Shown piece by piece: positions 51,801 through 63,800 of a stretch of 64,000 nt of DNA (its first letter is position 1; each line of letters begins with the position of its first letter). The position numbers and the translations under genes are program-made. Source of the DNA: an uncultured Planctomycetales bacterium (GTDB taxonomy: Bacteria; Omnitrophota; Gorgyraeia; Gygaellales; Profunditerraquicolaceae); contig CAYHBB010000040.1 of assembly GCA_964354795.1 (NCBI GenBank), forward strand, positions 12,593 to 76,592. Reading direction: 5' to 3'. Below the pieces are notes generated by a model, which did not search any database, had not been told where the DNA came from, and was given only the letters and a program-made list of their open reading frames with translations.

Positions 51801-54800
51801 GCAATTTCTCGCTCTTGCTTTGAGTGCTTAAATTCGTTTCCGGCGATGAATTGAAGCTCGCTGGCTACATCTATATCGCCAATTTCAGCAAGCTTCTTTA
51901 TGGCTTGCAGATTGATATCTGATTCTTCAACATTTAATAACGCCCTCAATCCCGCTATATCCTCTGTAGATTCAGAAAATATTTTCAGACTATTTATCGC
52001 AACTTCATGCGTATCTTTATTTTGTAAAGCGTTGATTAAAGGCCCGATTGCCCGAGGGTCTTTAATCTTTGTTAAGATTTCTGCCGCTAATACACGAAGG
52101 ATGACATCTCTATCCTTCAATGTTTTTGTTAAAGAATCGACTGCGGGGGGGCCTATTTTAACTAAAGATTCTGATGCGATCTGGCGCACGGTAACGTCCT
52201 TGTCTTTCAAAGCATCTATTAACGGCTTGACGGCCCTTGGGTCATTGATTTCTCTCAGGGCTTTTGCTGCGGCTTCGCGCACCGGCATTTCTTCATCTCT
52301 TAAAGCTTTGATTAGCTGTTCAACTGCTCTTGGGTCTTTAAGCTCGCCTAAGACCTTGGCTGCGGATTCACGAACGAATAGGTAATCATCGGTTAAAGCT
52401 TTAATAATAATTTCGGATGCTCGCACATCTTTGCTCTTACCTAAAGCTTCGATAACGTGACTACGAAATCCTCCGTGTTTATCTCCCAAAGCCTCAGCTA
52501 GCGCTTCGAATGCTCGAGGGTCTTTAATTTGGCCTAAGCCCCGCACAGCATTCTCGCGCACCCAGAGATTCTCATTTTTTAAGGCGCCGATCAGAGAATC
52601 AACTGCCGGTTGTCCAATTTTAGCTAAAGCATCTGCCGCAACCTGACCAACCTCATTATGATAACTATAACGGGCTCTACTATACGCATTTGTATATCCA
52701 TCTCCCAAAGCCTTAATTAGAGGAGAAACAGCCTTTGAATCCCTCAAAACACCTAATATTTCAGCTGCTGTCTTACGGACAATATAAGATTCATCCCCCA
52801 AGGCTTCAATCATAGAAGTAACTGCTCCGGGATCTTCGATCTTGCCAAAAGCTCTTACTGCTTCCTTGCGAACATTCCGATCTTCATTATTCATTAATTT
52901 GCGTATCAATTCTTTTATCTTTTTCTGGCTGGCTTCGTCTGTCTGTGCGACTGACTGGATTTGTGTGGAATTCGTGTCCTGCGCATGGGTAGTCTCAGGT
53001 AAGATGGCAAAATAAGGTAAAGCGGATACTGCTAAGATAGACAAAAGTTTGGGATTAGTTTTTCTTGATTTTATCCTTGCGTAAATAAAACTTATGAGGC
53101 AAGCGACAGGATAAAGTAAAATAATTATTGCTGCAATTATGCCTGCGGGTTTGAGGTATTTTTTAAGTACAAGCTCTTTCTCGGGTGTAGCCGATTTCTT
53201 TGCCCATTCTTCAGGAGTGACTCTTGCCTTAATCGCTTCCAGCGCCTGCTTAGCGGCCTGGCGCTCTTCTTTGGAATATTTGATCTCGTTTTGCATAATA
53301 AATTGAAGCTGAGAAACCGTATTTATATCCCCGGCTTCGCCCAACTGCACTATTTGCTGTATAAATTGGCCCCTATTGCTCAATATCTCATCGGCCCATT
53401 CGTTTCTGAGCTTCTTTTCTTGCTCATAGTCCCGGCTTAAAACGTAAGAATGCCTTGTTTCCGGTAAATCACGCAGCCCATAATTAGAAAAGCCATCCTG
53501 TTCATCCTTCTTAGGCTCTATTATAAAGTACGGCTGTCCTTTACTTAATTTCTCCAACAGAGAAGATGTATCGCTAACAGCCATATTGAACTTGGGGTAC
53601 CAATATAGGCAAAGATATACACTAATAAAGACAGGAACAATCCAGATGAAAGGAGTAAGGCCGATCTTGCCTTCAAGAGTGAAAGATGAAGCCGTCCATA
53701 AAGAACGGGTTGCTTCTAGGCATTTGGCAAAGCATGGGCAAAGTAGAGCACCCCAAATAATGACGCCCCAAGATAAAAGAGCCGCATTTATAAGATGCAA
53801 GGTAAGGAATAATACGCCCCAGAAAATGACACTTTTTGCATGGCATTTTATAGCAGTATACCTTTCAACCTGCCTAGTTTCACTTACAGCTTTTATCAGG
53901 ACAAATGATTGGAACAAAATGTTTGCTACTAAGGTCATGGCTATGATTGCCGCTGCCAAGCCGCCAACAATATTTCCTGCTGTAAATTTATAGACAAATA
54001 GCGCTACGAAACAAGCGTAGGCCAGAAAATTACCCGCCCATGCCAAACCAACAACAGGACTTTCCTGAGCACCTATCTTCTTTATGGCTATTTTCGATAT
54101 GCCATAGAATATGCCTGCTAGGGCAATAAAAGCAAGAGCAGCATAAATTAAATCTGTATTTACTGTAGCGAATTTGTCCATAAAGGCCAAAGGAAGGAAA
54201 ATATTCAGGCAAGTTGTGCTGGTAGGGCCTTGTCCTTTTTGTTTCTGAATGAGGCCGCGCTTTATTCTGGCCCGTACATAACTGATGGCCGAAACAATAA
54301 TGTAAAGCGCCGCTGATATTCCTGCGATCATGCCTGCGGGCTTAAGGTATTTCTTAATATTACGCGGCTCTTTTACCGGAAATGCCTTTGCCCATTCTTC
54401 GGCAGGCGTGCGCGCCCTAATAGCTTCCAGCGCCTGCTTAGCGGCCTGGCGCTCTTGTTGGGAATGCTTAAATTCGTTAGCGGCGATGAATTGAATCCTG
54501 GGTAACGCTACAATACCCCCCACCTGGCCAAGCCTTCGAATTGAAATCAAATAAATCTTTGCATCCTTACTGTCTAAAAGCTTAATCAACAAAGACACAT
54601 CTTGAGTAACCTCGATAATATTCGTAAGGCTTGAATAAACAACCTCGCGAGCTCCTTCAGAATGTCCGTCTTTTAACAACTCGATTAAAGGCTCTACTGC
54701 CCGGGAATCTTGAATCTTTCCTAGGGCTTCAATCGTAGTCAATAAAACAGGCAAATCTTTTCCTTTCAGCAATTTCAGCAGCTCAGGGACTAACTCTCGC

Positions 54801-57800
54801 GTATCTGGACCCAACTCACCTATACAGAAAATCACTTGTTTTTGGAGCTCTTTGTCTTTATTGAAAATGTTCTCGCTAAAGACACGAATGGCTTTCTTGT
54901 CTTTCAATTGTCCGAGAGCGCTTAATGCCTTGGCCCTTACTCTAAGATTATCCGATCTGGCAAACTCAACTAGCATATCAAAAGAAGGAGAACCTGAAAT
55001 GTATTTAATAATCGTATTTTCTGATGCCATACGCACAGACTCATCTTCATCAGAAAGAGTCTTCAATAATATCTTTGTGATTTGGAGGTCTTCAAACGTC
55101 TCGATTGCTTCAATAGCCGCGACGCGGATCTCCGAATCAGGAACGGCTAGGATTTTCATGATCAATCCGTTGTTTTTAGAAGACCTGATCTCGTCTTTCA
55201 CCGAATCTCTGACTGAATCATTAACAAATCCTTTGCCTGCGCTTATTAAGCCAATAATGGCTTCCCATGATTCCGGAGTTCTCAACCCAACCAAAACTTT
55301 TATAAAGTTATCGGATGAAGAAAAGCCCGGCTTTAAACTTATTGCGTCAATAATATACGGAATTGCCTGATTGCCTGTTTCAGATAATCCTTTCCGATCA
55401 CACTTTGCTACAAAATATAATATCTTTAGCTCTTTATCGCGAGGCGTCCACGATAATTTATCCAATACTCTTACAGCAAAAGTCCGCGTTTCGAAATCTT
55501 TACTGCTCAACGCCGCTTCCAGATATGGTATTGCTGACTGACCGAACCCAAAAACTGTTTCCTCTAGATTTATCTTGCAATCTGAAGAAGCCTTCCCTGA
55601 AATCTTAATAATCTCGGGGACAATAGATTCATCGAATTGGGCTAACGTATGAAATATAGGGCCGAATCCTTGATCATACAAACTATGGTAAGGCCATCCT
55701 ATGCCACAAGTGAAATATCTTGACGAACTCAATGCTTCAATAAGGGCCGGTATTGCTTGTTTATCTCTAATCTCTCCAAGGGCAATTATCGCGCCCTCCC
55801 TGATCGAGGAAAACTTATTTTTTAAAGCTTCTGTCAAAAGCGGAACTGTCAATCTTTTATCCATCCTAACTATAGTTTTAATTGCAACATCACGGGGGCT
55901 GCTTAAGCCTCCTGTGAAAACTGGAAGATTATGCCCTGTGTCCGCTAACAATTCCAGTAACTCATTCAGGGCTGGTGTAGCCGGAGGGCCAATCTTAGTT
56001 AATGCTGCGGCCGCATCTTGGCGGACACGCGGATCTTGGTCGATCAATTTTTCTATCAATTCTTTGGTTATCTCTTGGATAGCTTTGTCGATTTGATTAG
56101 TTGCCGGATTTGCCTTGGTATCTTGTGCGTTGACAGTTAAAGAATAAAGTGCTGAAAATGGCAGGATAAACGCAAACAATAAGGTTAAGAAAGTAGGATT
56201 TGATTTTCCGGCTCGAATCTTCCTCAGGCTTATCCTGGCGCGAATATAGCTAATAAAGCAAACAACAGGATAGATCAAAATAAGCACCGCTAAAGTTATG
56301 CCTGCGGGCCTGAGGTATTTCTTAAGGCTAAGCGGCTCTTTTGCCGTAAATGCCTTTGCCCATTCTTCCGCAGGCGTGCGCGCCTTGATCGCCCCCAACG
56401 CTTCTTTAGCGGCTTGGCGCTCTTCTTTGGGGTGCTTGATTTCGTTCTGGACGATAAGTTGGATGCGGGGGATAACATTAGAACCGCCAACATTACCAAG
56501 CCGTTTAATAGTAATTATGCGTACGGCTTCAAATTCTCCTGTTATTGATATATTCCTTCTGGTATCTAATATTCTTAATAAGGCAGGGACATCTTGGGTG
56601 GATTCAGCAATTGATTTCAGGCTTGAAGCAGCAGCTGAGCTGACATCGACATCAGCATCTCTTAATGCTTCAACTAAAAGCCCTACCGCTGTTGAGTCTC
56701 TGAATTCACCCAAGACTTTAGCTGCAGCTAACCGCGTGTCTTTTCTGCCTTTTGTCAAGGCTACTGTTAATAATTCGATTTTTTCATATCTCCTGATGTA
56801 CCATTCAGGTAGAGCCTGGTCAAAATAGCGCAAGGCTTTGACTGCGGATTGGTGGACGATTTCAGAACCATCTAGCGCTGCAATTAAAACGGGGAAAGCT
56901 TCTTTCTCGCCGATTTCACCCAGGGCTTCAATTGCGGATTCGCGGACATGCCGATCTTCATCTTTCAAAGCTGTTATCAGTCCTTCTATCTTTTTCTTTG
57001 TGGCTTCATCTGTCTGGGTGATTGCGGGATTATTATTTGTATCCTGTGCGTAGGTAGTCGCGGTAGAAGATATGCCAAGGAGAAAAGAAAGGAATACCAA
57101 TAAGAATGCTGGAGCTTTTACATTCTTACTAACCGGAGGCGCTCTTGTATTCTGGGTGAGTTTCCGGAGGCTAAATAAAATTACTATGCCAAGTACAAGA
57201 AGACCTACGCAGATAAGGTTGGCATCAGCTGGGATGATATTGGTCATAAAGGCTAAAACATGGGCGGGAATGAGGGAATTTAACGAGTTTGTGTTTGCTT
57301 TGTCTTGCGGCCCCTGCGTCAAGGGGGACCTTTTTCTTGCGCGGATAAAGCTGATGAGGCAGATGACGGGATAAAGCAAAATAAGTATTCCTGCGATTAT
57401 GGCTGCGGGTTTAAGGTATTTCTTGAGGTTAAGAGGTTGTTTTGCTGTGGCCTTGGCCCATTCTTCGGGCGTGACGCGTAATTTTATCGCCTCCAGCGCT
57501 TCCTTGGCTGCCTGGCTCTCTGCTTTGGAAAATTTGATTTCATTCTGAGCAATTAACTGAAGTTTGAAAAGTGCGGTTATATCTCCTACTTCGCCAAGCC
57601 GAGTAATAGCAGCTATACGAAAACCTCCCTCATCTAAAAGCCTAACCAGCGTTGGGACATCCTGGGTGAATACAGTAATGGATTCAAGAGCCTTGGCTGC
57701 CTTTTCGCGGACACGACTATCGGATGATTGATATAATAATGCCTCAATAAGGGCTGGAACGGCGTCTTTGGCTGCTGGTCTAATTTGGCCTAAGGCTTCG

Positions 57801-60800
57801 GCTGCCCTCCAGCGTACCTCGTAACGCCCATGCTTCAATGCCTCAATAAGAGATGGGATTGCGGGAGGGCCGATTTTGCCTAAGGCTTCGGCTGCGCAGG
57901 AGCGGACATTACTATACTCATCCTCTAATGCCTCAATAAGAGATGGGATTGCGGGAGGGCCAATTTTGACGAGAGCTTCTGCTGCGGATAAACGGATAGA
58001 TTCATCTTTTAGCGCCTTAATAAGTAAGAATATAGCATCTTTGGCGTCAGGGCCAATTTGGCCTAAGGCTTCGGCTGCCTTCCGGCGGACAGAATCATCT
58101 TCATATTCATCTTTTAATGCCTCAATAAGTTTTGGCATTGCGTCTTTGGCAGGAGGACCAATTTGATCTAAAGCTTCTGCTGCGCATAAACGGATAGATT
58201 CATTTTTATCTTTTAATGCGTTAATTAGGGCTGGGATGGCGTCTCTGGCGGTAGGACCAATTTGGCCTAAGGCTTTGGTTGCCGCATAGCGAACAATAAA
58301 TTTTTCGCTTTTTAATGCTTCGCTAAGGGCCGGAACTGCATCTATGGCTGCTGGGCCGATTTTGCCTAAGGCTTCGGCTGCGGATTCGCGACCCCACCAA
58401 CCCTTATCTTTTAAGATTTCAATGAGGGCCGGGATGGCGTCTTTGGCGTCAGGGCCAATTTGGCCTAAGGCTTCGGCTGCGGTGCCGGCACCCGGGCGTC
58501 CAACTTTCAATGCCGCTATCAAAGCAGGGATTGCATCTTTAGCCGCAGGGCCGATCTTACCTAAGGCTTCGGCTGCCCTATGGCGGACAAACGGTTCTTT
58601 ATCCTTCAATACCTCGATAAGGGCGGGGACTGCTAAAGAACCGATTTTGCCTAGGGCATCGGCATCATAGCCATGAACATCTTTTAGTTTCCGTATCAAC
58701 TCTTCTATTCTCTTTTGTGTAGCCTCATCCGGTTGGAACTGGGTTATAGTGGTGTTGGTGGCGGGTTCCTGGGCAAGGGCAGTTGTAGTATTGGGCTGGC
58801 CGGTCAGTGTTGCTAGAAGGGCTAGAATAAAGGCTAGTGCTTTGGCAGGAGGAGCTCTTTGCTTCTGGGTAAGCTTGTAGAGGGCATAAATCAGGATAGC
58901 TAAGCTTGCCAGAACAAGGCTGGTATAGACAAGATAAGGACTAAGCAGGATAAGCTTATCGATGGATGCTAAGGGAAGGATCGGGAGTACAGAATTCAAC
59001 GTAGTGGTATTTTGACCTTGGCCGGGCTGATTCTGCGCTTTTTTCGATATTATCCTCGCGCGGATAATACTTATGATTGAGACTATGGCATAGAGTGCAA
59101 CCAGCGCGCCGGAGATTATGCCTGCGGGCTTGAGGTATTTCTTAAAGCTATGCGGCTCTTTTACCGGGAACGCCTTCGCCCACTCTCCGGCAGGCGTGCG
59201 CGCCTTGATCACCTCCAAAGCCTTTTTCGCTGCTTCGCGCTCTTCCTTGGAGTATTTAATTTCGTTTTGAGAGACGAGTCTGAGCATGAGGGCTGCATTT
59301 GTATCTGCGGTTACTGAAAGCCTGCGGATTGCTGCTAAGCGAGTCCGTATTACATCTGACCTAGCCTCTTTAATATATTCTTTTCTGGAACCACACCCAA
59401 AATTCTCAGAATTACCGACACGCCAGGTGTTTATCTCCAATATTTTTAATAAAACAGATGCATCATCCGTGGATTCCATAATCTTCTGAAGACTTTCTGC
59501 TGCATAACTTCGAACCTGAGGATCTAACAAATCTTTGATAAGAAGATCTACTGCCCTTGCTTCTTTAAGCTCACCTAATGCTATAATTGCGCCTCGATGG
59601 ACCCTCCAGGTGCTGTCTTTCATTGCCTTCAATAAAGGTTCTACAGCCGGCTGACCTATTTTAGCCAAAGCTACCGGAGCTTCAATAAAACCGACATTCC
59701 CGCTTTCATCGTCTAAGGCGCTCATTAAAGGAGCTATCGCCCTTGGATCCCCGATTTCGCCTAAGGCGTAAGCCGCGCTATCACGAATGAAAATAATTTG
59801 ATCATAATTAACCCCCCTCAAGACCCTGATCAAAGGCTCAACAGCTGCCGGGTCTTTGATTTCAGCTAGGGTCCTAATAGCTGTTTCGCGAACGCGCCAA
59901 TCTTTATCCTCTAGCTTTCCTATCAATTCTTCTATTTTCTTTTGCTTGGTTTCGTCTGGCTGGGTGATTACGGGTTGTGTGTCCGTATTAGTATTCTGAG
60001 CAAAGACCACTGCGGGAGCAAACACGCAGGAAGATAAAGCGAATATTAAAAATAAAGCTGTGAATTTGGAATTGGATCTGCCTGATCTTATCCTTGCGCG
60101 GATATAACTTATAGCTGAGGCAATGACGTAGAGCGCTGCCAGCGCGCCTACGATTATGCCTGCGGGCTTGAGGTATTTCTTAAATTTAAGCGGCTCTTTT
60201 GCCGGAAATGCCTTTGCCCATTCTCCCGCAGAGGTACGCGCCTTTATGGCTTCCAGCGCTTCCTTGGCGGCCTGGCGCTCTTCTTTGGAGTTCTTGAATT
60301 CGTTGGAAGCGATAAACTGCAGTCTCTGCACTATGGATATGTCACCCACCTGGCAAATACGGTTAAGTGCGGATAGACTTACGCCTGACTGCCTGATTTC
60401 CATCAGGCGCAACAATAGGGTTATGTCTGAAGTATCCTTAGCAATCGTTTGTAGTCCGAAGACAGAGGCCTCAACAAGAGACTGATTAGAGCCATTTAAA
60501 GACTCAATTAAGCAATCGGCTGCCGGATCGCCTATTTTAGCCAAAGCAGAGACTATGGATTCGGCTTTTTCTGCGGGTAAAAAAGAATGTTCCTTTAATT
60601 CTTTGGCGAGAGCGGGAATGGCGCTTTTTGCTTCAGGGCCGATGTTCCCCAGCGCCGTTACCGCCTCCTCTCCTGCGCCATAATCATTCAAGGCTTCGAC
60701 AAGAGCAGGGACCGCATCTTTGGCCGCGGGGCCGATGCGGCCTAATAATCTCGCGGCGTATTTATGGTCGTCATAATCATTGTTTTTCAGTGCCGCGATA

Positions 60801-63800
60801 AGATAAGGCACCGCTTCTTTTGTCTCGGGGCCGATACGAAGATCTGCTAAAGCCTCCAGGTCGCCCTTCGCAACCGCATACATGATCATTTCCTTCGGAT
60901 TCTGCGGCTTCCAGCCAGACTCATCGAGTATCCTTGCCACCACGGCCTTGTCGATATTTTTATTTTTTAGCTCTTCTAAAAGCGCAGTGATCGCGGGAGC
61001 GCCGATATCAGATAGGACCTTTGCAGCATGATTACGGCAGTCGCTTTTCTCGTCTTTCAACACATCTATAAGGAATGGGACTGCAGGGCTGCCGATCTTC
61101 ACTAACGCGTTGGTAGCCGATTCGCGCTCTCCATACGAATTAAGCGCTTTAATAAGATGCGGCACCGCATCTTTTGCTTCCGAGCCGATATTACCCAAGG
61201 CCTCTGCCGCTTTATAGCAAAAACCAATATACGTCTTGTCTTCAAGTAATTTAATGAGAGATGGAACCGCATCTTTGGCTGCGGGTCCTATTCCGCTTAA
61301 GACATCCGCAACTTCATAGCAAGCCTTTTGATTGTTTAACAATTCAATAAGCGCCCTGACTGCGTCCTTGCCCTCAGGACCGATTTTCTTTAGGGCTTCA
61401 GCTGCGCAATGGCAGACCCAATAATCTGCGTCTTTTAATGTTTCGATAAGGGCGGGGACTGCATCTTTGGCTGCGGGTCCGATTTTGCCTAAGGCTTCGG
61501 TTGCGGATGAGCGGACATCCTTCTCTTGATCTTTCAATGCTTCAATAAGTGCTGGGACTGCGTCTTTGGCAACGGGCCCTATATCACCCAAGGCTTCGGC
61601 TGCGGATGAGCGGACATACTTCTCTTCGTCTTTCATTGCCTTTATAAGGCCAGGAATCGCATTTCTGGCAGCAGGGCCGATTTTACCTAAGGCCTCGGCT
61701 GCGGATGCGCGGACATACCACTCTTTATCTTTTAATGCTTGAATAAAGTTCGGGATTGCCTCTTTAGCAGTGGGGCCGATTTGACCAAGAGCTTCTATTG
61801 CCCCACTTCGAACCTTATAATTTTCATTTTTTGACGCTTCAATGAGGGCAGGCACAGCTGGTGAGCCGATTTTGGCCAAAGCTCTTATTATAGGATCATC
61901 TGTCGTATACGTGGTAGTCAGGGCTTCAATCAGATAGGGAACGGCGGGTAAACCAATGTCTTTTAATCTATATATCGCTAATGCACCATCATTGGGAAGC
62001 CAATAGTTTTTTCTACGTAAATCTTCTATTAGTTTTTCGATCTCAGCTTTCTTTTCTGTTTCCGTTATTCTTACTTCCTCTGCATAGGAGGCTGTGGAGG
62101 AAAATGCGGCAAAGAACGGTAAGGCCAATAATATAGGTACGAGGATGGCGCTTAAAGCCTTATTTATCAGAGGCGGGCCGCGGCTGAAAGCGCCTTCGTT
62201 AACCCCTAAGGCCTTCCGCAAAGCTTCTGCGATGCTAGCTATATCCGCAAGCACGATATTCTCCAAATCCTCCTGCCTAAAACCTTCCGTGGCCAATTCA
62301 AGAGTTAAGCTGTTATTTGTCTTTGCGGCATACAACTTGGCTCCGATACCTCCGTGATTTAATACAATGAGCTTTTTATTAGCCTGTAGCGTAGTTACCG
62401 CCTCATGCATAGTGCCGCCGGATCCATTTAAAACAATCACTATATCCGCTACCTTTCCCACTCCGATCCTTCTCTCAAACATTCCCCGGCCGATGTGCGC
62501 CACTTTTACATCTTTATCCCCGGCCGCCTCCTGATACTTCCTGTCCGGCGTAAGCCCTTCCGGCAATAACGCAAAGAATCTCTCTCTCCCAGCTTTATTT
62601 TCGCTGCACATGCCTTTAAATACATCCGCGCCTACTCCGCCCACGCCGCCGGTAAACACAAAACCTTCGGCTCCCAGATATTGCGACAACTTTCTTCCTA
62701 GCTCCTGGCCTATTTCAGCAGAATAACCTTTTGAAGGCATCGTCGCGCCTATCACCCCGATCTTTATGCCCGGGAATTCGCGCCTGATGGCTTCGGCCCT
62801 TACGCCTAATTCCTCTGACCTGTCTTTCTCGGTCTTGGCACCAAGCTCTTCTTGCGGTTTATTTTCCAAAAGGACACCCTTGTCCTGGCCTTTACCTTCA
62901 CCCTTATCCTCAATCTTCATCCTTATCCGGATCAAGTTTATCAGCTCACCCAGCACATAATCTCCGCCCCGCCAGCCGTGGAAAGGATAAAACTCGATGC
63001 CAGCGCGCAGATGCCGGTGATGTATCCTACCTCCGACGGAGAAGACTTTCGCGCCTTTTACCATCATCTCCCTGTCGTCTCCGGACTCATCAAAGCTATT
63101 GCCTAAGATCACAACCTCATTTGGTTTTGGCACGGCGCCGAACCTCCTTAGGCAGACCTTCGTCAGATGATGTTTCACCGCGAGGGATTTATCTACCTCT
63201 TTCATGGTCATACGTATGGAGGAATGCCCGATTTCTTTAAGCTCTATTAACAGCTTATCTTTCTCCAGCTGCTCTTCCAGGCGTTTATAGACCTGGCGGC
63301 GCAAAAAGGCCCTTTCTTTCAGGCGCACGATGATCTGGCTGCCGGCATCGATGATTTTCACCGAATTATAGATGATCTCGCCATTATCATCCGCGACCGG
63401 TTTGGTCAATCCGTATTCTGCCAGCAGATCATCGATGATCTCCCTCCATTTATCCAGCTGCGCGTCGCTCATTATGGCTTTGGCGGTATCGTAAAGCGCT
63501 TCTTTAAGCGGCTGGCCGTTTTGATCAAAGCCAAAACCCTGGCTCCCTGTGGCAGGATAAACAGTCAAATTATGCAACAATGATCTATGCTGCAAAGGAA
63601 CGGCTTTAATAAGATATTTTTCCACTTCTTTATAGCTTTGGGTAGTGACTATGGCCACCTGCACGCCAAGCTGCAGAAGATAAAGCAGTTTCTGCATTAC
63701 TGATTCCGGGACTTCTTTCAGGGTATGCGCCAGAGTGCCGTCTAGATCAGAAATCACCGCTTTAAAAGGAAGCCTCCCCAGATTCTGCGGCCTAGCGGAT

